Assembly: GCA_963741205.1 (NCBI GenBank)
Contig: CAVUHW010000034.1
Span: 64,001-128,000 of the forward strand
Length of the DNA stretch: 64,000 nucleotides
Reading direction: 5' to 3'
Source: Nitrospirota bacterium
GTDB taxonomy: Bacteria > Nitrospirota > UBA9217
Under the pieces are notes generated by a model that saw nothing but the letters and a program-made list of their open reading frames with translations, did not search any database and was not told the DNA's origin. Of the stretch, positions 55,529-64,000 are shown piece by piece; the first letter of the stretch is position 1, and each line of letters starts with the position of its first letter. Both the position numbers and the translations under genes were made by a program.

Positions 55529-56400
55529 ATGCGATCATTTATGCGCTTATTTTCCCTGATACTGGTAATCGGCCTTGCGCTTCCGGGATGCAGTGGCGAT
55601 GAAGATAAAACCAACGCCGAAACGATCAACGTAAGTATTCACTTCCGCACGCATAACCTTGCCCGCAACGGATCTGTACAACTCTCCGTGGAAAAGGAAG
55701 CCGCCGATGGGACTGTCAAGGGTGAGGCAGACCTGTCAGGGAGCGCCGACGCATTCGGCGATTATATCCCGACCATGTATGTCAATTATAATCTCAACGA
55801 CCGCAACGACAAAATCAATATTCACCAAAACTACACACTCTCCCCATACCTTGGCGGAACGATCGGCAAGGTACTTCGGTACTTACCTACGATGACCTGG
55901 AACCGTATAACGGGAGGTCCCTGACACTGGATCTGGAATACCAGGATCCCACGGTGCAGAACCTATGGCAGGCGTGGTATGATCAACGTGACCTCATGAC
56001 CTACTGCTTCGACCTGCCCTATTATTATCTGCTGGGTCACGCACCCCCGGTCGATGAAAATGAGGCTGTCACGCGGCAGAAGGTCGCAGATGCTCTAAGT
56101 CAGCAAGGGTACACGCGCAGCCTGGCAGGCCAGCTTACTTCCAGCCTTTATGTTCAGGACGGCGACATCATTCTATTTGGCACTACTGCGGAACCCGATC
56201 CGGTTACAGCGCCGCATTTTGCGGTCGTTGCCGATGGAAAGATCTGGGGCGTCTTCCACTGGACCCAGGGCGGCGACTTCGACGGTCCGCGCGATCCGGG
56301 GTTCTTCCTCAACCGGCCCCCGATCGAAAATCCCTACACGGGAGCGGTTACGGATCCTCTCGTTCCGTTTCTGTATTATGCGATTTACAGCAAACAATAG
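55529..56400 (+). CDS. hypothetical lipoprotein, probably one gene split by a frameshift near 55865
   Basis: RBS AAGGAG, lipobox LPGC. The frame of the 55954 ORF is open upstream and overlaps the end of the first ORF. Confidence 0.6.
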
Positions 56401-56472
56401 TTGAGTTGGAAAGGGTTTGGGGCAGCGGAAAATAATGCGTTGTTCATCACGCGCAAACGGCAGAGAAAAAAT

Positions 56473-56901
56473 ATGAAAGATACCTTGAAACCTGGGATTG
56501 AATCAGAGTTTACATTTCGTATCGTTGAATCGAAGACCGTTCCTGCTCTGTATCCTGAATCGACGGAATTTCAGGAAATGCCGAGGGTATTCGCAACGGG
56601 TTTCATGGTGGGGTTTCTCGAGTGGGCTTGCATCAAGGCCATCAACCCTTATCTCGACTGGCCTCGCGAACAGACGGTCGGCACGCATATCGACGTAAGT
56701 CATACGGCTGCGACGCCGGCAGGCTTTGAAGTGACCGCGAAAGTAAAGCTCGTAGAGGTCGACGGACGGCGGCTGTTGTTCGAGGTAGAGGCGCGCGACG
56801 AAGTAGAGCTGATCTCAAAGGGAAAACACGAACGGTATATCATCGCGAAAGATAAATTTGATTCGAAAATGAATGAGAAAATCGCGAAGAAGCGCGCTTA
56901 A
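56473..56901 (+). CDS. FlK-like hotdog thioesterase
   Basis: VFATGFMVGFLEWAC, TVGTHIDVSHTAATP, GKHER. Confidence 0.9.
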   Translation: MKDTLKPGIESEFTFRIVESKTVPALYPESTEFQEMPRVFATGFMVGFLEWACIKAINPYLDWPREQTVGTHIDVSHTAATPAGFEVTAKVKLVEVDGRRLLFEVEARDEVELISKGKHERYIIAKDKFDSKMNEKIAKKRA

Positions 56902-57009
56902 GCAGAACATCACCTCTAGCTGATTATCCGGGCAGTTCCTCAAAATGCTGTAAGTTAAATTCCCCCTTACATTAACTTAACTCCACGCAGAATTAAGCCC
57001 GTCGCAATT

Positions 57010-58104
57010 TCACTTCTTCCGGTAGAAGGGGAGTTCTACTGTCTTTGCCGCAATCTCTTTGTCCCGGATCTCGATCTCTATTTCCTGGCCCGGCTGGGCG
57101 TAGCGGCTGAAGACATAGCCCAGGCCGATGCCTTTGCGCAGGTGTAGCGACTGTCCGCCGCTCGTCACCATGCCGATCTCCCGGTTTTCCGAGTAGATGC
57201 TGCCGCCGCTCTTGGGTACGCCCTTGTCCAGCAAGACAAAGCCCGCTAATTTTTGCTTCGGTCCTTCGTCCTTGATTTTCAGCAGGGCGTCCTTGCCGAT
57301 GAAGTCCTTCTTAAAATCGACGAACGATGCAAGGCCCGCTTCGATGGGCGTTCGGGTCTCGTCGATGTCATTTCCGTACATCACGAAGCCCATTTCAAGG
57401 CGCAAAATGTCCCTTGCCGCGAAACCGCAGGGCAGGATGCCGGCATCGCTTCCCGCGTTCAGGAGCGCGTCCCACAACTCTTGGGCGCGATCCGCGGGTA
57501 CGATGATCTCATAGCCGTGCTCGCCGGTATAGCCGCTCCGGGACACGAGCGCTGCAATGTCCGCAAGCTTCAGCTCCCGGACCATTCTGGACTTGAGCTT
57601 CTTAAAGTGACGGCCCGCGGCGTTTTCGAGGATACGTGATGAGTGAGGTCCCTGAAGCGCCAGGTGGGCGGTCGCCTGAGTCCTGTCGACGATCTGAACG
57701 TCTGCGGCTGCATGCTGATTGAGCCAGTTCACGACCTTGTCGGTGTTGATGGCGTTCGTGGAAATCAGGTAGCGAACGCCTGTCGTTTCCGCCCCGGGCA
57801 GCCGGAAGAAGAAGGCGTCATCAAGGACGCCCCCGGCTTGATTGCAGAGGAACCCGTACTGAGACGAGCCTTCCGACATCTTCAACACGTTGCGGGTAAC
57901 GGTCTCCTGGAGCAGCGCCGCAGCGCCCGTGCCGGACACTTCGATCCTGCCGAGATAGCTGATGTCGAACAGGCCGGCGGCCGAGCGCACAGCGCGATAT
58001 TCGTCCTGCACATCGGAGAACTGGAGCGGGATCTGCCATCCCTGGAAGTCCATCATCCTGGCTTTGCTCAGTTCATGTTTCGGGTGGAGAACGGTTTGTT
58101 TCAT
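57010..58104 (-). CDS. gcvT: glycine cleavage system T aminomethyltransferase
   Basis: GLFDIS, LALQGP, SRSGYTGEHGYE, ARDILRLEMG..YGND. Confidence 0.9.
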   Translation of the reverse strand: MKQTVLHPKHELSKARMMDFQGWQIPLQFSDVQDEYRAVRSAAGLFDISYLGRIEVSGTGAAALLQETVTRNVLKMSEGSSQYGFLCNQAGGVLDDAFFFRLPGAETTGVRYLISTNAINTDKVVNWLNQHAAADVQIVDRTQATAHLALQGPHSSRILENAAGRHFKKLKSRMVRELKLADIAALVSRSGYTGEHGYEIIVPADRAQELWDALLNAGSDAGILPCGFAARDILRLEMGFVMYGNDIDETRTPIEAGLASFVDFKKDFIGKDALLKIKDEGPKQKLAGFVLLDKGVPKSGGSIYSENREIGMVTSGGQSLHLRKGIGLGYVFSRYAQPGQEIEIEIRDKEIAAKTVELPFYRKK

Positions 58105-58135
58105 GAAACCCTCTAAGTCATCTATCTATTTCCGG

Positions 58136-58220
58136 TCATCCCTGGATGGCTCCCTCGGGGACCAATATGTTCGCCGTCAAGTGAGAAACCGTATTCCTGC
58201 TTAACCTTTCGGGAATGACA
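58136..58220. repeat. GTCATTCCCG-class palindromic repeat
   Basis: GTCATCCCTG ... CGGGAATGAC. Confidence 0.55.
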
Positions 58221-58240
58221 CGATTCTCGCGCGTTGTCCG

Positions 58241-59302
58241 CTATTTTATTCTGAATTTATCAGGATCGGTCGAGACGTCGGCAAGCTTGTGGATGTCCTT
58301 CGGATGGAACGCTCCCTTTTCGGTAATGATGGCGGTGATGTAACGGGCCGGCGTAACGTCAAACGCAGGGTTCGCCGTCTTCACCCCGTCGGGAGCGATC
58401 TGGACCTTGCCGAACACATGGGTGATCTCGCGCGAATCGCGCTCTTCGATGGGGATCTCGGCGCCTGATTCCAGGCTGAAATCGATCGTCGACAGAGGGG
58501 CCGCCACATAGAAGGGAATGCCGTGCTCCTTGCAGAGGACCGCGAGGCCGTAGGTGCCGATCTTGTTCGCGACGTCACCATTTCTCGCAATGCGGTCGGC
58601 GCCTACGATGGCAAGGTCTACCATATCGTGGAACATGAAGTAACCAGCCATGTTGTCGGTAATGAGCGTGCAGGGGATCTTCTCCTGCATGAGCTCCCAC
58701 GCAGTCAGGCGCGCGCCCTGGAGCACGGGACGGGTCTCGTCGACGTACACGTGGATCTTTTTCCCGGCTTCAACCGCGGCCCGCATTACGCCTTCCGCCG
58801 TCCCGTAGCCGGCGGTGGCGATGGAGCCGGCGTTGCAGTGGGTGATGAGGTTGTCGTCATCAGCGATAAATGCCGCTCCATAGGCCCCCATCTTTTTGTT
58901 CGTCGCGATGTCTTCCTCGATCATGCGCTGGGATTCGTCAACCAGCATTTCTCTGATTGAGTTGAGGTCTTTATCTTTATTGGCCTGCACGAATGTCTTT
59001 ATCCGTTCGATGGCCCAGAAAAGGTTGACCGCCGTCGGCCTCGTCGCGGCCATGTGCGCGCAGATTTCCTCGAACTTCGGCCAGAATTCATCGAAACTGC
59101 CGGCCGTGATCTGCCGGGCGCCCAGAGCAAGGCCCATGGCCGCTGAAACGCCGATTGCCGGCGCGCCCCTCACCCACAGTTCTTTAATGCCCCTGGCAAC
59201 GGTCTGGTAGTCTTTGCAGTCATTGTAAACGATCTCCAGTGGGAGTTTCGTCTGGTCCAGCATGCGTACGATGCCGTCTTTCCATTCCACGGTGGGGATC
59301 AT
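58241..59302 (-). CDS. mtnA: methylthioribose-1-phosphate isomerase
   Basis: [44 protein letters not shown]. Confidence 0.96.
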   Translation of the reverse strand: MIPTVEWKDGIVRMLDQTKLPLEIVYNDCKDYQTVARGIKELWVRGAPAIGVSAAMGLALGARQITAGSFDEFWPKFEEICAHMAATRPTAVNLFWAIERIKTFVQANKDKDLNSIREMLVDESQRMIEEDIATNKKMGAYGAAFIADDDNLITHCNAGSIATAGYGTAEGVMRAAVEAGKKIHVYVDETRPVLQGARLTAWELMQEKIPCTLITDNMAGYFMFHDMVDLAIVGADRIARNGDVANKIGTYGLAVLCKEHGIPFYVAAPLSTIDFSLESGAEIPIEERDSREITHVFGKVQIAPDGVKTANPAFDVTPARYITAIITEKGAFHPKDIHKLADVSTDPDKFRIK

Positions 59303-59555
59303 GCACGGTCTCCTTTTTTACTGATGATACAGGTCGTTGCGGTTACAACTTAATATAAAGGAAGAGCCGGTGATTGTCAAAATAAATGTGCAGTTTCTGC
59401 GGAGCGGCCCGGCTTATGAATATGCGGAAGCATCTCATCGAAAGAAGAGTGGGAAAACAGGGTGAAAGCGACGAAAGGCATGATGATGAACAGCCCAACA
59501 GGCCGAAAGGTAAGGGCGGTCGTTGTTGCCGGCTTTTTCAGATTGCCGGAGAAGT

Positions 59556-60465
59556 TTATCGGAATTGCTGGACCGCAAGGGTCCCGCTCCGGCCGTCGAC
59601 GACGCCGGGAAGGAGATCGCATACGGGAATGGTCTCGGGCTGCTTCAGCAGATCAACCGCCCACTCGTCCAGTCTGGCCGTGCGGACCTGGCGTGGTCCG
59701 AGAAGCTGCAGGAATGCGCGAAAGAGCGAAAGCTTTTTCATCCCTTCGATCTCCGCGTGGATCGTAAGCACGTTCAGCGCATTCGGTTCCAGCCGTGACA
59801 CATAATATTCGGGCAGGCCTTCCTCGGGATACTCGGGCCGTCCGAGCAGTTCATCAAGCGTCGGAAGCGTGGTCGGGACCTGCAGGGTCTTGAACGTGAC
59901 ACCGTCTACTCGGGGAAAGAACGGATAAGTCCCGCGGCTGTCGCTTCCATAGAGAAGTCCGGCATCATCATAGGCCGCCAGACTGAAGCCATTAGCCTGC
60001 CATCCCGCCGAGCCCGCTGTCTTTGCAGCGGATCCGAATATCCGCTCGAACTCTTTCCGCGCCTTGCCGAATTCCTCGTACACTTCATCTCTGCCCATCT
60101 TTGCAAGGCCGTCCTGCCAGCGAATGTGGTCGTAGCAGTGGATGCCCGCTTCATGGCCTTTGTCCCGCGCCAGCCTCATCACCCCTTCGTTCCTGCGGCC
60201 CACATGCGGGCCCGGCAGGAGAACGCCGTTCAAGAGCGTGCGGATGCCGTAGGTTGAGACGACGCTGGTGCGGCTTACCTTGCCGAGGAAACCCGGCCGG
60301 AAGATGCGTTTGATCGCCCGGCCCGTATTGTCCGGGCCGAGGGAGAAGAGGAAGGTCGACCTTGATGTCGAACTCATCGAAGAGGGCAAGGAGGTTGGGC
60401 ACGCCGATGCGCGTGCCCCGGTCGGTGTCGACGTCTACTTTGATGGCGAGAAGGGGTGAGGTCAT
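59556..60465 (-). CDS. arnD: ArnD-like deformylase/polysaccharide deacetylase, frameshift near 60360
   Basis: LAIKVDVDTDRGTRIGVP, LGPDNTGR, HCYDHIRWQD, PTTLPTLDE, TIHAEIEG. Confidence 0.88.
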
Positions 60466-60475
60466 GAGATGAGTC

Positions 60476-60560
60476 TCAGGATTCAGGAGTGCATGATTCA
60501 TATGCATGATATGCAATGTTTCTACTCCGTGCATCCTGAATCCGGTATCGTGATATCCGT
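60476..60560. repeat. heptamer-period inverted repeat
   Basis: CAGGATT/CATGATT units facing ATCCTGA/ATCCGGT/ATCGTGA units. Confidence 0.55.
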
Positions 60561-60563
60561 TTC

Positions 60564-61604
60564 CTATACGTCCAATTCCTTCGACGGCCGACCCAGGTGG
60601 TAATCGAGCGTCTTCCGGAGCGCGGTTTGGAAGTCCGTCTTCGGCTTCCAGCCAAGATGCTTTTTCGCATTCCTGATGGAAGGCACGCGCGTAAGGATGT
60701 CCTGGTACCCTTCGCCGTAATACTTTTTTGACTGGACGTTCACGAGCTTCACCCTGTTCGCAAGCTGCGCGTATTTCGGATAGGTCTTGATCAGGGCGAT
60801 CAGCGTCTCCGCCAGCTCGCGGATTGACATGTCGTTTGAGGGATTCCCGATATTAAAAATGCGTCCGTCGGCCGCGTTGTCTTTATTCTCGATGATGCGG
60901 ATGAGCGCGTCAATGCCGTCGTCGATGTAGGTGAAGCTCCTGCGCTGGGCCCCGCCGTCCACGAGCTGGATGTTCTTGCCGCGCAAGATGTTGCCGATGA
61001 ACTGGGTAAGTACTCGCGAGCTGCCTTCCTTGGGCTCCAGAATATTGTCGAGCTTCGGCCCGATCCAGTTGAAGGGGCGGAAGAGCGTGTACTTGAGCCC
61101 GTCCTTCATGCCGTACCCGTGGATAACGCGGTCCATGAGCTGCTTGGAACAGGAATAGATCCAGCGCTGCTTGTTGATCGGACCGAGCACGAGGTTCGAA
61201 GTCTCCTCGTCAAATTCCCCGTCCGCGCACATCCCGTAGACTTCCGAGGTGGACGGGAAGAGGACCCGCTTTTTGTAGCGCACGCACTTCCTGACGATGT
61301 CGAGGTTGGCCTCGAAATCGAGCTCGAACACGCGGATCGGGTCAGTGACGTAGGTAGCCGGCGTGGCAATGGCCACGAGGGGGATCACCACATCGCATTT
61401 CTTGACATGATACTCGATGTATTCTTTATTAATCGTGATGTCGCCCTCAACGAAATGAAAACGTTCGTGCCCCAGGCACTGGTCCAGCTTGTCCGCAGCC
61501 ATGTCCATGCCGTAGACTTCCCAGTCCTTGTTCTTCAGGATGTATTCGGTCAGACTGTTTCCGATGAAGCCGTTCACGCCGAGGATCAGGATCTTGAGAC
61601 TCAT
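60564..61604 (-). CDS. arnA: UDP-glucuronate oxidase/decarboxylase (ArnA C-terminal domain as a stand-alone gene)
   Basis: ILGVNGFIG, PLVAIATP, PSTSEVYG, RWIYSCSK, FRPFNWIGP. Confidence 0.93.
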   Translation of the reverse strand: MSLKILILGVNGFIGNSLTEYILKNKDWEVYGMDMAADKLDQCLGHERFHFVEGDITINKEYIEYHVKKCDVVIPLVAIATPATYVTDPIRVFELDFEANLDIVRKCVRYKKRVLFPSTSEVYGMCADGEFDEETSNLVLGPINKQRWIYSCSKQLMDRVIHGYGMKDGLKYTLFRPFNWIGPKLDNILEPKEGSSRVLTQFIGNILRGKNIQLVDGGAQRRSFTYIDDGIDALIRIIENKDNAADGRIFNIGNPSNDMSIRELAETLIALIKTYPKYAQLANRVKLVNVQSKKYYGEGYQDILTRVPSIRNAKKHLGWKPKTDFQTALRKTLDYHLGRPSKELDV

Positions 61605-61694
61605 GATGTTCTCCGTTTTTTTGGACCAAGGCAACCGCGTTGCCGTGCCTTCCGTCCCGCCATCTGGGGACTCGGTCCATATTAAGTCAAAAGC

Positions 61695-61776
61695 CGTCAT
61701 TCCCGCTTGTCGGGAATCATGTTGCCACATAACAACTGAAAAGAGACTGGATTCCCGGACAAGCGCGGGAATGACG
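61695..61776. repeat. GTCATTCCCG-class palindromic repeat (best preserved copy)
   Basis: Perfect termini CGTCATTCCCGC / GCGGGAATGACG, with two internal ATTCCC-Nn-GGGAAT hairpins. Confidence 0.8.
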
Positions 61777-61792
61777 TCGAAGGAGAAAACGC

Positions 61793-62699
61793 TTAGGAAT
61801 TTCCCAGCATCTGTCCGATCTTCAGTTCCCGCGATTCATCCTCGTCTTCCCACTCCCAATTCACGATCTCCAGATTGCCGCTCCCCGCGGCCACGATGAG
61901 CGGATCCGTTGAGAGCACCTGTCCCGGAGCGCCGCCTTTGCCGGGAACGGGCTTCGCCCACCAGATAAACAGTTTCTTTCCATCCGCGAACGGTGAACGC
62001 TCCGGGATAGGGATTGGTGACGGCACGGACGAGATTATAGATCTGATCGGCGCTTTGTGTCCAGTCAATACGGCCGTCCTCGGGTTTTCTACCGCCGAAG
62101 GTGGTCGCCTGCGACTCGTCCTGACTGCGCCGGGGGGCCGTCCCCGCTGTCAGGGAATCGAGCTGTCTTTCGAGCACAAGGCGGGCGGCCTTGACGCATT
62201 TCCCGAACACGTCACGGGCCGTGTCTTCAGGACCGATGGGCACACGCTCCTGGTCCACGATGTCGCCGGCATCAGCGCGCTTTACCATGTGATGAAGCGT
62301 CACGCCGGTCTCTTTTTCTCCCTGCAGCACCGCCCAGTTGATCGGCACGCGGCCCCGGTATTTGGGGAGGAGCGAGCCGTGCATATTGAACGCGCCCAGG
62401 CGAGGGATCTGCAGGATTTCCTCCCTGATCATGCTCCGGAAGTAGAAGGAAAAGATCAGGTCAGGCCCCCACGAGCGTATTCGATCGATCCAGTCCGGCG
62501 TATTCACGCTCTCGGGCGAATGAACGGGGATGCCGTACTTCTCCGCGAGGCCGGCCACTGACCGGAACCAGATCTCTTCGTCCGGATTGTCCTTGTGGGT
62601 GATGACGGCGAGGACGTACTCATCGTTCTGAATGAGGGCGTCCAGGCATTCATACCCCATGTCATGGTACGCAAATACGAGAATAGCGGGTTTAGTCAT
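61793..62699 (-). CDS. UDP-L-Ara4N formyltransferase (ArnA N-terminal domain as a stand-alone gene), frameshift near 61985
   Basis: VFAYHDMG, FSFYFR, NMHGSLLPKYRGRVPINWA, DAGDI, PYPGAF. Confidence 0.9.
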
Positions 62700-63639
62700 T
62701 GATGTTTTCGTAGACCTCACGGATCACGAACCGCGGTCTTCTCCTCACTTCCTTATAGATTCGGCCGATGTATTCGCCGATGATGCCCAGTCCCATGATT
62801 CCGACGCCCACGAGAAAATAGAGTATCGCGAAGAGGGTGAACACCCCTTCGGCCTCGGGACCGACCACAAGCCGCCGGATGAACAGGTATGCTACGAACA
62901 GCGTCGCGAGGATCGACACGACCATGCCGAAGACCGTGAAGACCTGGAGAGGCACCACGGAGAATCCGGTCATGAGGTCGAAGTTCAGCCTGACCAGGTC
63001 GTAGAGCCGGTACTTGGACTCGCCCGCCTGACGAGCCGCATGCTCTACTTCCACTTCCGCAGGACTTGCCGCGAAGCTGTAGGCAAGGGCCGGGATAAAG
63101 GTCGAGGTCTCACCGCTCGCGACGATGCTTTCCACGATGTTCTTCCGGTAGGCCCGGAGCATGCAGCCCTGGTCCTTCATGCGGATGTTGGTGATCTTCG
63201 CCCGGATGCCGTTGATGACCTTCGAGGCGTATTTCCGGAAGAAGGTGTCCTGCCGTTTCCTGCGGTAACCGCCGACCACATCGTGGCCCTCTTCAACGGC
63301 CGTGAGCAGTTTGGGGATTTCCTCAGGCGGGTTTTGGAGATCGGCGTCCAGGGTCACGATCACCTCGCCGCGCGCCCGTTCGAAAGCAGCCATGATGGCC
63401 ATGTGCTGGCCGAAGTTCCCGTTGAAGTCGATGACGCGCACCTGCTTCGGGCGGCGCATGTGAAATTCGCGCAGCATCGCGCCGGAACGGTCCCGGCTTC
63501 CGTCATTGGTAAACAGGATCTCGAAGGGCTTGCCCGTCTGGTCCATCACAGAGGTCAGGCGGGTGAAGAGGGCCTCGAGATTCTCCTGTTCGTTGTAGAC
63601 CGGGATGACGACGCTTATGTAAGGTTTCGCCATGGTCAT
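62692..63639 (-). CDS. arnC: undecaprenyl-phosphate L-Ara4FN transferase (GT2)
   Basis: SVVIPVYNE, NDGSRD, NFGQHMA, DADLQNPPEEI, GEYIGRIY. Confidence 0.92.
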   Translation of the reverse strand: MTMAKPYISVVIPVYNEQENLEALFTRLTSVMDQTGKPFEILFTNDGSRDRSGAMLREFHMRRPKQVRVIDFNGNFGQHMAIMAAFERARGEVIVTLDADLQNPPEEIPKLLTAVEEGHDVVGGYRRKRQDTFFRKYASKVINGIRAKITNIRMKDQGCMLRAYRKNIVESIVASGETSTFIPALAYSFAASPAEVEVEHAARQAGESKYRLYDLVRLNFDLMTGFSVVPLQVFTVFGMVVSILATLFVAYLFIRRLVVGPEAEGVFTLFAILYFLVGVGIMGLGIIGEYIGRIYKEVRRRPRFVIREVYENIND

Positions 63640-64000
63640 TTCCTCCCGAACAGATCGGCCATTGCAGCGACCACCCGGTCCTGGTCCGCGTCGGTCATCG
63701 CGGGGAAGAGCGGCAGACTCACGATGCGGTCGGAAATGGCCTCCGCGTTCGGGAAATCGCCGCGCTTGAAGCCGAACTGTTCGCGGTAATAGGGGTAGAG
63801 GTGTACGGCGCGGTAGTGAAGGCCCGTTCCGATGCCGCGCTCCTTCATGCCCTGCATGAAGGCGTCGCGGTCCATCTTCGCCGCTTCCGGATTGATGAGC
63901 GGCGTGTAGAGGTGCCAGGCATGGAGGTGACTGTATGCCGGGGTCGCGGTCAGGGTCCACTGGGGCCATTCCCGAAGCAGCCGGTGATACCGGGCGGCAA
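63636..64000 (-). CDS. arnB: 3' end of a DegT/DnrJ aminotransferase
   Basis: HAWHLY, GIGTGLHY, SLPLFP. Open to the window edge, upstream of arnC. Confidence 0.85.
   Translation of the reverse strand, partial: AARYHRLLREWPQWTLTATPAYSHLHAWHLYTPLINPEAAKMDRDAFMQGMKERGIGTGLHYRAVHLYPYYREQFGFKRGDFPNAEAISDRIVSLPLFPAMTDADQDRVVAAMADLFGRK

Noticed and set aside
55922-55924. TGA read-through joining the two lipoprotein ORFs
   Set aside because: The two ORFs are in different frames, so a frameshift explains the split better.
58105-58240. Glycine riboswitch upstream of gcvT
   Set aside because: The spacer is taken up by a class C repeat and shows no glycine aptamer motifs.

Overview
Bacterial chromosomal window, GC-rich in its core genes. 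Gene content and order suggest Nitrospirota or a deltaproteobacteria-like anaerobe (inference). About 16 otherwise well-conserved genes carry single-base frameshifts, which points to long-read assembly indels rather than gene decay. Layout: (1) 1-11 kb, a metal/redox block: sigma54 regulator, CopZ, ApbE, ArsC, a HesB/IscA-like selenoprotein with in-frame UGA and a SECIS-like hairpin, a thioredoxin-fold membrane protein, a TnpB-only IS200/IS605 element, katG and a PerR-like regulator. (2) 11.5-15.3 kb, a sigma54 activator divergent from a sulfite-reductase-like/TusA fusion and cysK. (3) 15.3-23 kb, an accessory patch: radical SAM, DUF6448 plus hemerythrin, ACT protein, response regulator, cyclase, gene stubs and a broken second tnpB. 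(4) rpsF-ssb-rpsR-yybS with its leader RNA, next to an internally deleted relative of the first IS. (5) 26.4-52 kb, a long housekeeping run in which a TusA-E1-JAB-ubiquitin-like carrier-NIL sulfur relay sits between hom and apgM-lysC-cimA where thrC is often found, followed by EF-G2, M16 peptidases, dut, mutL-miaA-hfq, mtnP, pfkB, tgl/pilF and rodZ. (6) copA, gcvT, mtnA and the arn (L-Ara4N) operon. Many intra-operon spacers hold short-period inverted repeats of three recurring classes. Best leads: the sulfur relay inside the aspartate-pathway operon, the rearranged-RuvC TnpB and its RNA-retaining mini-derivative, the selenoprotein, the spacer repeats, and the Ni-hook-like N-terminus of DUF6448.
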